Assembly (NCBI GenBank): GCA_020137815.1
Contig: CM035354.1
Location: 6,200,001 to 6,264,000 of the forward strand
Source: Hormiphora californensis
Taxonomy: Eukaryota; Animalia; Ctenophora
Length of the DNA stretch: 64,000 nt
Reading direction: 5' to 3'
The position numbers and the translations under genes are program-made. Positions 1 to 13,921 of the stretch are shown here, piece by piece. Position 1 is the stretch's first letter. The number at the start of each line of letters is the position of its first letter. The notes under the pieces were generated by a model. It worked only from the letters and a program-made list of their open reading frames with translations, was not told the origin of the DNA and did no database searches.

Positions 1-40
1 ATTAACAGAAACAGCTAACCATAACCTTTCTCCCCACCAG

Positions 41-913
41 ATGAAAGCAGAGGAGGCGATCAAGCTAGCGGAGAAGACGAAGCCAGAGGACGGAGGAGTC
101 GGTGGAGGGTATTCCGAGTACACTGCCCCTCCTGCCTCGACCCCGGTAACGATACCAGCTGCCAGCGCTGCCTCTTCCTCCGCAACCACTTCCACCCCGC
201 AACTTACCATGCCCCAGATACCCGCTGAGTACACCGATATCAACCGCCAACTCCAGATGGTATAGTGTGACGAGATACTACACTCCCCCCCCCCCCATTA
301 ACATGCCCCCCCCCCATTAACATGCCCCCCCCCCCTCCCCATTAACATGCCCCCCTAAATTAGCGTTAACCCGGATTGACACCCCCCCCCCCCTTGAAGT
401 AACTAATAACCCCCATTAACCCCCGCTCCTCAAGCCCGTTTATCCGCCCTATCACGGACCCACCCTCCACTATATATCCCCACATGACGCTTTTTTGTGA
501 TAACCCTATTCCTCGTGACACCTGTATTGGGTTACAAATGTGCAATTGTTATTTAATGTTCTTGGGTGCTGTGTTCATTATTCGCTCTTTGCAAATGTCC
601 CCCCTCCCCTCCCTGTAACCCCTGGGGATGCTGATACCCCTCCCCCCTCATTGTGCTGCTGTGTTCCTAACCCCCTCCCTCCCCTTCCCAGATGAGTAAC
701 CAGATGAACAGCCAGAACAAGGCGATCAGCTGGCAGGAGCAGTTCCAAACAATGCAGGCGGCCCAGGTAGTCCAACACTTCAACAACTACTCAAACTACT
801 ACAATAACTCTCCCTCAAGTGCAAGTGGCGCCTCCGCAGCCGACCCAGCAGCCCAACTATTACAAAGTTTAGCCCCCGTACAAGACACTAAAGCGGCAGC
901 CACCCCACGGTAG
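41..913 (+). CDS. 3' end (last two coding exons, 41-259 and 692-913) of an unidentified gene; low-complexity S/A/P/Q/N-rich C-terminus
   Basis: Acceptor ...CTAAC...ccccaccAG|41, donor 259|GTATAG, acceptor ...CTAAC...cttcccAG|692. The phase-0 intron joins MKAEEAIKL...QLQM to MSNQMNSQ...AATPR* in frame. No recognisable domain. Confidence 0.7.
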
Positions 914-2143
914 ATTATATCTCTACCACCATCGCACCACCCTCCCCGAGTATAGTGCTGCGTGTGTGAGTGTGTGATAATTGGACGTAATAGTGTGCCC
1001 CTAATTACACCTGCATAATTTAACACGCGAGAGAGAGAGAGAAAGGGACATTACAGCCTCTTAATAACAGTTCACCCCCTGGCAACTGGCTGTCAGGGTG
1101 TGAGATATGTACCCCATATATATAACGTCGTGGTAACAGCAAAATATACCTTTTAGTTAGAGAGAACAAGAAAGTAGGCCTTAACATGTTCATACCCCTT
1201 CATTTTTGAAGATTTCACCCCACTCATTTATTGTATTTACACAGCCCCCTGGTAAAGAGGCACATCTTAATAACACATTTACAGTTTTATCTTATACATA
1301 CACACACCCACATCATTAACCACCCCTCCTTATGCCGCGAGTTTTGTTTTTGAGTTTCAAGTGTGTGAGAGAGATCACACACCCACTAGATATGAGAGAG
1401 TGTTAAGTTAAGAGAAGTGTTACAATAATAATCTCTATTAGATTTTTAATCTTTTTTCTTTACCTTGCGTGAGGACCTTTGCATGAACAAGACTATACAA
1501 GAAGAGAAAGAGGGAGAAAGTATTATTAATGGGTGAAAGGGAGAGAGAGAGAATTCCAACTGTCTGTTGGGGTTGAAGTTTGTGTTGGTTGTTGATTGAG
1601 TCGGATATTTTTAAAGACAACAAAGAGTCGAGAGAGAGAAAATTGTGAGAGAAAAGGGGCCAAGAGAATGATAATTGATAAAAAGAGTGAAAGATATTTA
1701 TGAGATAATTCGGAGTTATTATTTTCACGCCTATTTTTGAATGAGAAAGGAACAGCACATACCGCGAAAGAGATACCGGTACACCTCCAAATATATTGTT
1801 TGTAGGAGTACTGATATCCACAGTACATCATTATACACAGTGTGTTGTGTGTGTGTGCCTGTTTTGTTAGTACAGGATGTGTATAACGTACTGGTGTTAA
1901 CGTTAATATTTACCCCCCGAAAATATCCGACTATCTTACTTCCACAAGGGCTAATCTCTCTTAGTGGGAGATGGGAGTTAGGTAGTTAGAGGAAAATGTG
2001 ACTTGTGAGATTAGCCCTTGTATTTTGTTGTATTGGAAAAAGGGAAAGTCTGGGGTTTTGTGAACAAAACAATCAAAAACACAAAGGTAAATTATAAATC
2101 TCACTCTCACAATAAATACACAGTTCTCTCTCTCTCCTACTCT

Positions 2144-4034
2144 CTAAAACTTGACAGGACTGTTCTTCACGTGGTCAATAGCGAAGGCCGATATCTTCTT
2201 TAGGAATTTAGGGTACTCCCTCTGGGATACCGCCCTGACTGCAGCAGATGGAGCCCAGCCGCCTGGGTTAACACTAGCTGAGTAGACTATCTTGCACTTT
2301 AGGTCCTTACGGGAGGGGCCCTTTCCAATGGTCTGGCAGAACATTACTACTTCAATGGAGGCCCTTGTGTAGCTACTGGATGATTCTGGTTTGGAAGGGT
2401 GGTCGCATGATACGTTACATACTATCCAGCTAGGATTATCCTCTCCACTCTGTGCCTCCAACTGTAGGGAGAGAGGGTTGTTAGGACAATACTGGATTGG
2501 GTATAGGGCGGGTAATTTAGGTCAATACATAGTGGGTACGGTATAGAATTAAGGCGGGAAATGAGGGGGTACTGCAGAGGGGCGAGGTGATGAAAGGGTC
2601 ATGTGTGCAATCTCCGTCACACACTCAGACTGTTGTCTACTAGGAGGGGGGGGTGCGTAATTAGGGACCACTGTGTGTGTCACCTGTTGTTTGTGGCTGG
2701 CATATACAAGGTCTCTCTGAGCGGCAGGCCAGACCCGTTTCAAGATTTGGTGGTAGACGGCACAGTGATCATCCAATGTTTCCAATAACTTGTCTCCCTC
2801 GATAGTGTGATCCCATTTTAGTTTCAGCTCCTTCGAGTGGAATACCTCTGTCATCTCTGCTGCAGTTACACCCTGAAGAGAAGGAGAGATAGAGCTGAGG
2901 GAGGGAGATAGAGAGAGGAGAGGGGATGAATTATAAAGTAGAGATAAGATGTGAGTTAGGGAGGGTAGCCAGGGAAGATAATACAAGACAATGGGTGGAT
3001 TGTGTGTGTGTGTGGAGAAATATCGATACACTCGAGAGAATTTAACATATTGTTTTGCCAGAATGGTATATTGTTTTGGCTCTGTGTGAGATAACTTGAG
3101 GTATCATGTAAGTCTACTACACATTGTGGGGGAATTTATTGTCTACCTCAACTAGTGTAGTAGCAACCAGAAAATCCATCAAAACATCTCCCTTCTGTTC
3201 TTCTTTTCTATAAATCTGTGGGAAAATTAAAGTTATAAATTATTAGTTTAGAGGGAGGGAAAGATGGCCCACATTCCGAATAACATCTCGCTGTGAGCCA
3301 CGTAAACAAACCTTTGTTTCCCCAGACTTGGAAAGAACCTGCCAGCTAGGTTCGGCTTCAGGGTCCTGTTTAGACAGCTCTATGTACTTGTTTATAAGCT
3401 CCTGCATCTGCACGAGGGGAGGGAAGAGGTGAGAGAAGGTACAAAAGAGTTGTGTCCTAGACGAGAGGAGGAGAGATTCATGAATTTTACACTGTAGGCG
3501 TGTATTTTCGGCTTGAAAACGGCCCTGATGTCTGTACGGGTGGGTTAGTGGTCAGCACTCAGTGCGCGGCGCCTTCTATAGTATTTATGAAAGGCGCGCA
3601 TTAGCGGAGCGGGAATTTGCCGCCTGCTGCACTGAACAAACAGAACGATCAATTCTGGCTCATGATGTTCTCCCAACTCTCATAGTATCCATAACTGGCT
3701 CTCCCCCCTCTCTCTCAATGCTATTGCAGGTGTCGCAAGACAATTGTGTTGTGGTAAAAGAGAGAGAGGGAGAGTGATACAAACACAACTTGTAAAAGAC
3801 ACAGTGAGAGAGATGTAGTAGAATTGTGTGAGAGGGATGGGTCATGGGATTGGAGGGGAGAATGAAGGTGTGAGCTTTGGAACATCTGAACATAGACGGA
3901 ACTGCTAACAAGTAAAGGGGGAGGGGAGGCAGGATTTTGCCAAGCAGACCACAAATTGAATTTTATCACACACATTCCCGGGTTTTCTAGTTGGTTCCGT
4001 GATATAATATCCCTGCCTGCTTGCTGTGTGTGTA

Positions 4035-4073
<39 letters not shown>

Positions 4074-7000
4074 TACAGAGAGAAAGAAGGATAGAGAAAG
4101 AGAGAGAAAGATAAAGAGAGAGAAAGATAGAGATAGAGAGAAAGATAGAGAGAAAGATAGAGAGAAAGAAGGATAGAGTCCTTATTATAAAGTACAAATG
4201 AACGTCGTGATGAGGAGGAGGATGTCCTATCCTCACGTGCAAATGGTGGGGGGTTGCCAAGGAGGTGCTCTGGGAGGGGTATTGGAGGGTGATACTGCAC
4301 GTGCATGTTGTTGGTTGTTTGTTGCGTGTTCCTGTGTTTTTCCTGTGGTGTTTCGGGATCTACTGCTGGGGCCCCCATGATTGCCAAAGCCTTTCTACCA
4401 TCCCACCCCATTGATTCTCTACACATCTACAATTCTACGGATCTTTATCACCTGATTCTACATGTTATTCAGCAGGATTTCCCTTGATGTTTATCACCAG
4501 CGCTCTACCACTATAATACCAACCTCCGTATTCTTTACCCCGACATGAAGAGACGAATAGTAAGAGGGGGGGGGGGGGGAGGGGCGGGGACATAGAGACG
4601 GGTGGGGGGTGTTCAATGGGCTTTCTAGTCTCTATTATAAAGTACAAATGACGTGCGTGATGAGATGGATGATGTAGTATCCACACGTGCAAATAGTGGG
4701 GGGGTTGCCATGGGAGGTGGCCTTGGGAGGGGTATTGGAGGGGGGATACTGCACGTGCATGTTATTGGTTGTTTGTTGTGTGTTCCTGTGGTTGTTGTTG
4801 TTGGTGTTTTGGGATCTACTACTGAGGCCGCCATGATTGCCAAAGCCTTTCTACCTACGTACCCCCTTGATTCTCTACACAGCTACAATTCTACGGATCT
4901 TTATCACCCGATTCTACATGTTATTCAGCGGAATTTCCCTTGATGTTTATCGCCAGCGCTCTACCACTACCAACCTCCGTATTCTTTATCCCGACATGGA
5001 GAGACGAACAGTGAGAGGGGGGACATAGAGACGGGGTGGGGGGGGGGTGGCTGTTGTAGGACTTAACAATGGGCTTTCTAGTAGAGAGAAAGATGGAGAT
5101 AGAGAGAAAGATAGAGGGGGACTGAGGAGAGCAGGTGGAGAGAAATGAGGTGACCACTGACCCAGCTCTTCTCTGACACAGATAAACACCCTCTATTACT
5201 ACCCAGTACCACGCCCCCTATACTCTACAGGGGGCGTGGTCACAGGTCACACTACAGCTGCAGTAGTGTACGGGCCACGTGGGCGTGGTCACACTACAGC
5301 TGCAGCGGGTCCACCTTTTAGACTATAAACAATACTTCTCTAGAGGGGATAGAGTATTCTGAGACTTAGAGAACAAGAACAGTATAATTACAACCATTAA
5401 ACCATAATCCCGTATTAAGATTCGGTTTATCCAACCTCCTATCCCTACTCAACAAACGAACTGTCCCTTAGGGGAAACTCTAACTGAATGGCATCCCATT
5501 AATGGGATCCCATCAACAGTAAAACTCTAACTGATAATGGACCACAGTGATGGTTCTTTCTCTTTATTCTCTCTGTGTGCGCGCCCGTGCCCGGGCATGC
5601 CCTATAGTTCTTTCTCTGTATTCTCTCTGTAGGCAGTACATAGATGTACTGCCTACAGAGAGAATACAGAGAAAGAACCATCACTGTGGTCCATTATCAG
5701 TTAGAGTTTTACTGTTGATGGGATCCCATTAATGGGATGCCATTCAGTTAGAGTTTCCCCTTACTCAACAAACTATCTAAAATCACTATATTTCTTGCCA
5801 CTTTATTCTCCGTAGACCACATCGCCAACTAGCAGGACTAACAAGCCCTCACCTTCCCATTGAGCCCTCACCCACTGATTAATGCCGGCAGCCCAGTGCC
5901 CCGATATTGCAAACCCGTGTAATTTTTTGAGCAAATATTTGCAGCCTGACTAATTTTTTGCAGCCTAAATAAAATAACCTCGACTGATATTGCAGCCCGG
6001 GCTGCAGAAAATATAAATATGAAATATAAGCTTCCCCGAATCGCATGTGTTTAATATCCCGTATTGGCTAACAGTGCTTATAAGGCGTCCCAGAATGGTG
6101 TCACATATCCATCCCCCTCATTAGAGTATGAAATACATATGTATTTCGGTGTCGAGATTCATGCAGCCCGGCTGCAGAAAATTTCGAGGAAATTTTCCCA
6201 TTCTGGGCTGCACGATGATTTTGCTAATTAGGCGTCCCCTGTCAGGCCAATGCTCTAACAGGGCGTCCCAGAATGGTGTCACATATCCATCCCCCTCATT
6301 AGAGTGTGAAATACATATGTATTTCGGTGTCGAGATTCTTGCAGCCCGGCTGCAGAAAATTTTGAGGAAATTTTCCCATTCTGGGCTGCACGATGATTTT
6401 GCCCCGAAAATGGTACTTTTTTTCTCTATTAGCCCAACTTCTACGATGCTGACGTACGTCGCGAGGTCGAGGCTGCGTAGCAGCCGAGACCGAGCAAAAA
6501 TTTGCAGCCTAGCGAATAGAATCTTGCAGCCTAGCTGAAGGCTTAGAAAAATATTTTTTTAGATTTCTGAAATTCGGGGCACTGGGGCCGGCAGCCCCTC
6601 AACCCCTAGCTCACCTTTTCTTGCACCTCCTTGACAGTAGGGTGACCCATGATGATGTTGATGTATGACAAACTAAAGGGGTGCAGAGCTGCTACAGAAA
6701 ACAAGAGCGGAGAGAGAGTGAGGAATGAAATTCGAGCTGACAAGAACCCTTCCACTAACGTTCTCTCTGAACACGCACAGAGGGCTATGATAACTCAGCC
6801 TAATGATAACGCACAGGGGGACGTGGTAATAGGTCACAGGTGGTTGCCGAAAGGGGAAACCAGAGTGACACCAAAACCATGGGGTGACTTAGATAAAATA
6901 AGATACAGACCCGTAAGGACGGGCTTTTATTTCTTAAAATCGTATAATTCAGTGAACGAATGGCAGAAAGAGACTGTTGGAAGTCAAAACATGTCTATTG

Positions 7001-8132
7001 CTGCTTTAGACCGAGCAAATGGTTCAAGTTTCACGTGTGATTATTCTGCTATATGTTAAAATTCACACTAATTTATCAGAGTGACATAAACCGAAACCCC
7101 GCCCAGAAACTCGGCCTACCATCTGGGATATTTCTAAACTACCCACACTCGAGATAGAGAGAGAGTTATTAGAAAAACATAATAGGATTTAATGAATGAA
7201 TGATTGAGTGGTCAAGATATGAAGAAGCCTACCAAATCTATGATATGAGTTTCAAACCTTCCCAACAGGTGTATCTGATCTGTGCTGATCTGTTACTGAA
7301 TCTGTTACAACTTTATCACTCACAACTCCTATAGAACTCTCTGATAACAACTCCTCATCTGCAGACTCGAACCACTCTTCCTCCCCAACATAACAGTAAC
7401 ATCCCTCCCCAGCTTTACAGTAGTGCCCCTGTTCCTCCCCAGTATCACAACTGTACTTGTACTGTTCCACCTCAATGTTACAACTCTGACAACTGACCTG
7501 ACTGTACATACGGTGATTCTTCTTGTCCCCCGCATCGTCTCCCAGGGAATCCTCCTTCTTCTTCACTATCTCTAGACACTCCAGATTCTTATCAAGGTTG
7601 TCCATTTTCTCTAATGTTTCTTCTATCGCGTCAAAGAATTGATCCTCGTTTAATACTGGGCCTTGCTGCAAGAAGGTTTTCTCTGGTTAGAAAACAAGGC
7701 TATAGGGAGGAGATAATGAGAGCTATGGATACCGAACTAGCAACAGACCAAACAAACGTGAATTACAATAAGACACAATAGTGTTTAGGTAAAGAGAGAG
7801 GAAGTAAAAATACTTACTGGAGCGTTAGTTTTTATAAGTTCAGTGTTCTCTCTGTTGGTAGCTGTGTAAAGGATTTCTAGCTTCTTAGCCTTCTCGTGCT
7901 CCTAAGAGGAAGATAGGACAGGGTGTTAAACAACTACAAAGAAACTAAAATCCAAACATAAAAGTAGTAAAGGTCAAACCATACCAAGCTCTTATTCCCA
8001 GCACTATTCCCACAAGAGATTTGGTCAGAGACAAAGGGCTAATTTTCCAAATTAGACTACTTTTGAAGGACAGAACACGTGTAAACTACCTTGTTGGGAA
8101 AATGAGCCTTGTTTACTTAACCTTTAGGGAGG

Positions 8133-8218
<86 letters not shown>

Positions 8219-9878
8219 GAAAGATCAGAGGTAGTACCTATACGGAAGTACGAACATCTGCTTCGTATTAATTCTATGGCAGGTATCTGCTAAAATGGCC
8301 AGTAAATGATTGGTGTGTACATTGTACAACTGTGCAGGCTGTAATTTCACCAGTATTTATATCTGCCGTCGCTAAGTAAAGGACCAAGACAAGTGACCGG
8401 TCACTTGTCTTGGTCAGAACTCTGCACTTAACCAGCAAGAGATGGGCAGTTGAGCAATGCAGCAGGGCCCTGTAACTATTAAGAACACCTGTTCCGGCTA
8501 TTGAATTTCGCATTGTACTTCATTTAATTGTTTTTAGAGCATGCTCTTTTGTTTACAGTATAAGGGATGGGCACTACTACATCAGCAGAGCTTTTGTCTT
8601 TTCTTCATTGGGAAACCAGCAGAATAAAATAATTGAATAGACTTTAAATGACCTTATGAACACCTGTGGCTGCTGAGTCAGATTAGCCCTTATAGAAAAT
8701 GAGGTGATGTTTGCCCCAAATAAACTACTAAAGTTCAATTCTAAACTGGACTGGTTCCCGGGTATTCGGCCCTTGTCAGCGCTATTCCTATATTTTACAC
8801 TGGAAGCGCGCCCACTCTCTAGCAGTGCTGACGTAAAGAAAGAAATGTGCTTTCAACACAGCCCAGTACGCGCGTCTTACCGCATTGTATTTCTCTTGCC
8901 AGAACTTCTCCCTGTCCTGCATGGATTCAATGCATGTGGTGGTGGTGGCTACAATTCCAGTGACAGTCGCCTGTACCGCCACCAGCTGCTGTGTCAATGC
9001 TGGGGATTCTGAGGGAGGCCAGTGGTTTAGTAAATAGTAGTTACATGGTACAGGGATATTGGAACAGGGAGACATATCCTGTAATTGCAATTACTGCTTA
9101 CCTTTTGCTAGTTTAGCTCTAACTTCTGCTAATTGGAAGGAAAGGCTATCCTTGAAGGAATTCAGTTCATCTAATTTTAGGTTCAGATCGGACGCCACCT
9201 GAAGAAATATGAGATGATAAGAAAAGGAAGATAAAGGGAGGGATATAATGAATTAACAGACGGACTGATACTGATAACACACTTGTACACGACAGTGAGG
9301 GAGAAATAGTAATATACAAATTGTACAGCTGCACAATATGTGTGAACTTCAAGCAGACTGGACGGGTGTATTGAGACTTGCGGGTTACTGCAGCTCACTG
9401 CAAAGGACACCATTAGGAAAATCAAACTGCACCTGCAATGTGGGTATAGACTTGTAGATACTCTCTCTATTTCCATTCAACTGCTGTACCGGAACCACTG
9501 CTACAGGCCTCTTGTTTGCTTTATTAGCAGCGCATCTCTTGCTCAGTCTCTTCTTCAGGTACTTGTGTACCGGTCCGTGCTTCATAGCTGAGGGAAGGGA
9601 CATTCCAGTTGAGCTGCTAGAGGCTCCACCATGGACCGAGCTGGCAGTCGAGTTGGAGGGAGCAGGGTGGGAGGGAGCAGGGTGGGAGGGTGGAGTACAG
9701 GAGGTGGAAGTAGTACAGGGCATGCGACAACAACAACAGGGGGCCAAAGATGCAATATATGGGTTAAAAGTGGTAGCTAGGCAAGCAAGGGGGGCATATG
9801 TAACAAGTCAGCGGCTTACGGCCATTATTAGCATACAATCTCTCTTTCTATCTCTCTCTCTCTTTCTATCTCTCTCTC

Positions 9879-9965
<87 letters not shown>

Positions 9966-12900
9966 CACTGTCTCTCTATTTCCCATATTACTGATACCAA
10001 TATTACCTAATATCAGTCTTTATGTACTGGGAAGGACAGCCAATAAATGCAAAGAACGAAAATCAAATGAGAAATGTGTCAGATTCTTTAGAAGTACAGT
10101 GAAGAAAAGAAAATAGAGGAGGACAGGATATGTGAGAGAATAGATAGTACAGTATTAGGAGTGTGCTTGTTGCACTCGTGAGTGCATGGCACATAGCAAC
10201 CAATGTGACGAAACAATTAGAGAGAGTGGGAAACAAATAGATATGAAAGATATTGTGGACGGTAGCCAATTGCCAAACAGGGTCACAAGATATATTACAA
10301 ACTATTTAAATATTTTCCGCGTGACTATAATACAGCTGACTCCCACGTCCTCTCTCTCGCTCCTACTCGTTTTTTGCTATGTAAACTCTCTACTATGACC
10401 GTGACACAACAAATGAAAGACTTACAGAGGAAAAACAGAGTTAGATAACAACACGCAATTCTCAGGAGAATTCATGAAACGGTTTTTAAATACAAAAAAA
10501 CAGCTGATAATATTGCAAACAGCTCATTCTAAAAACAGCCAATGACGCCCAACACGGTCTATGAGTCACTTTTTTAGGAGTTTCTAGGAATGCCAAGTTG
10601 TTTATCTTTAAATTTAACTAGCTTTAACTTTGGTGTCCCGCAGGGCGCAGACAGCGGTACAAGAAGTATCATTACGAAACATGAAGCAACACAAGAAGTA
10701 TCATTACGAAACATGAAGCAATAACAGACAATAGAAGCAATAACACCAGATACCATGCGTGAATTACAGTGTTCCCTCACACAACTGACAACAATGTGTG
10801 TGTTTTACAGTGAAAAGGGCGGGCCGGAAGTGAGTCAGAATGTGAGAGAGAGATACTGAGAGATAGAGAAGAGGGAACACTAAACTAACAAATCTTGCAC
10901 AATTCCACCACTGCACAAATAATACCAGTGGCTCCCCCACTACAGCTGCTGCAGGTGTCTACAGAACCTCTGTAGTGAGTGGTTAAAACAGGACTGGCTG
11001 GTGCAGCAGCTGCAACAAAATTAAGTTAGAAGATGGCATACAGCTTTGTGTAAAGACAGCTACAAGTGACAGAGGAAATAGAGAGGGAATGTAAGCACAG
11101 AGAGAGATACTTGGTCAAGCGAGAGAATGTGAGAGATACTTGGTCAAGCGAGAGAGAGAGAATGTAAGCACACAGAGAGAAAGATACTTGTTCAAGCAAG
11201 AGAGGATGTAAGTCAGAATACTTGGTCCAGAGAAAGGAAGTGACACAACCAATTCTTTCACAGTAACGGTAATGCCCCAACAGGATTGGAATCAGATCAC
11301 GCAAGAGCAGCAAGAGCAGTGATCTAATGTCCCCCTCTCTGCAGATAAGTGAAGAGCTCGCATGCATGAATAGTGAATACAGATAATGATACACATAGCG
11401 TGGAATGAGTCAAAAATATATAGAGACTGGAGATGCACTAGCGATTAGAAAGACACACAAGCAAATAGAGATACAGAAGCAAATATAATGGGAAGGTAAG
11501 AGACTACACACACTGGAGGGGGAGGTATGTTGTACTGGATACAGAAGGCGTATAAACAAAGACACCTCTCTCCACAAACAAGGGGGCATTTATAACAGGT
11601 ATTTGTTACTGCAGACATAGTGCCTGCCTGGTAGGTGAGAAACTGTATCTGGGTATAAGTAAGGGAGAGGGAGGAGAGCGCCATAAGATGAATGTGTAAC
11701 AGGTAAAAGAAACGGAAAATGTAATCTGAACACAGCCCTTTTAATTCCTCCAAACTCCATGTGTTAGGTATAGGGTAGACCGGGGTAATTTGGACGGTTT
11801 TGGCATTCAATTGGTATTTCAAGAGCCATTAATTTACTTAATCAATTAGTTAGCTACTCAATTTGTGCAACTGAACCTTTATCTTGAGCCTCAGAACAAA
11901 TTTGAATCGAAAACATAACTTTTAGATAGCTAATTAACCTTGTTAATGAAGGTAAGTCGGAATATTTTTGATCGCGAGACACGGGGCAATTTGGACTAGT
12001 GGCTTCTACACCAATCACAATGCGCGCATTCAATCACGTGACCGCGACACACCACATTGCCCCAGCTGCAAATCTGCGATGTAAATCAGACCGAGGTTGG
12101 GGCTATTTGGACAAACTTAGATTGTAGCCACAGTTTTTGAGATATCGATTTCAAACTTTTCAGTCATCTAGTAATTTAGTATCCCGTGCTAATCCTTTTT
12201 TCAAAATTAGTTAATTAAGTAGTAATTAGCCTAATTAACCAAAAAATTAAGTTTTCATCAGATCTATATCTATAGGGTGCATTATCGAAAGCTCAGGATT
12301 AGCCTAGTCGATTAGAAAAAGATTTAATCTAATCCCAAATAGGGTTTTCGAGAAAATCGACATCAAAGATCAAAAAACCACAAATAAAGCTATGGTTTTC
12401 AAAGGAATGCTGTTTGTGTTTTCAGGTGCTTACAAGGCCAGAACTTACTATTATGGGGATCCAGTCTAATTAATCATGTTAGTGGCCGATTCCCACTCAA
12501 TTCAATTCCCTGGGGTTACTATAGCAACGGAGTTTGTTACCATAGCAACCGGCGAATTTGCATTAATGTACTATTTTCTTGCTCCAAATTCACCCATTAC
12601 ATCCGTATTATTAGACTATCGATTATTTAAACATGATTGTGAGTCACAATGAGACATCAGACTACCTTCAGTTACCAGCCAGTCAGTGGCTTTGGTTATC
12701 AAATGTATGCCTATTGCTCTAAGTTAGCCTGTAATTTATCCCTTTATTCAGTTATATCAGCTGCATATGGATGATTATCATGATAAAACACTACTTTTGG
12801 TCATCAAAGCACCAGTCCTAGATATTCTGGAGCACCCTATGAAGTTGGTTTGTCGAATGCCACACCATGGATTGACTTGTTACCTTGGCATCCAGAGAAT

Positions 12901-13887
12901 TGGTTGTAAAATGCGCCTTTTTTCTATTTTTTTGGTCTATTTACTCAGTTTTAGCCATCTATATTGATTAAATAGGATAATTATGAAAGCAGGTTGTCTA
13001 TGGTTACCATAGAAACGAGTATAATGGCGCCATGAGGCCAATTTGTTTTAACCAATTTGCCCCATGGGGCAATTTGGTCTAGTCCAAATTGCCCCATGGG
13101 GCAATCTGGATTATGACCGAATTGCCCCCGATTTTTTCGTCCGAATTGCCCCAAATTGTCCGAATTGCCCCGCTTCATTAAAATGCCAATTAGCTAATTA
13201 AATCGAAAGCTAATGTCATTTTGATGATGAAACTGAATAGAAAAATATCATATTGTGAAATTCTGACCCTTAATTTAAATAATTATCATAATTAAGTTTA
13301 CCGAAATAAAGTTTAACTTTAAAGTCGTCATTTTTCGTTATTTCACACTAAACACCACAATTTAAAAGTCCCATATAAATCACTAGTCCACATTGCCCCG
13401 TCCTGTGACCACATTGCCCCACCGTCCAAATTACCCCGGTCTACCCTACAATGGAACCACAAGTCTACATGTAACACACAAATTGCAATGTTAGGTTCCA
13501 GCTTGTATACCAAACAAAGAAACTAGTAACAAAAACTGGGTTAGCAGTTTCTGTTATCCAAGGCATACAACTAACAGGTAAGAACTACGTACTAACAGTA
13601 CGTACTTTAGTAATGATCAGGAACCGACCGAAACAAGTAAACAACCAATCAGAACTCGTTATTTAGATCACGTGACTGGTTACCAGCCAATCAGGGACCA
13701 GTATTTGATTCACTAACCTGTAGCGCAGCCTCTGACAGAAGGTTGACTGATCCCTCCCTGCTCATCGGTAACAGCAACTGAAAAACAAATTGAAAACGCG
13801 TCGTTATAATATGGAGTGCGTGTGGCACACTGTGAACCGCAATATTACATGACATAGAGTGAAAAGAGGGATAGAGATAGAGATAGA

Positions 13888-13921
<34 letters not shown>

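Noticed and set aside
3491-3531. Possible 39-nt CERT micro-exon with a good branch site and acceptor
   Set aside because: The in-frame donor (GTGTAA) is weak and the better donor breaks the frame.
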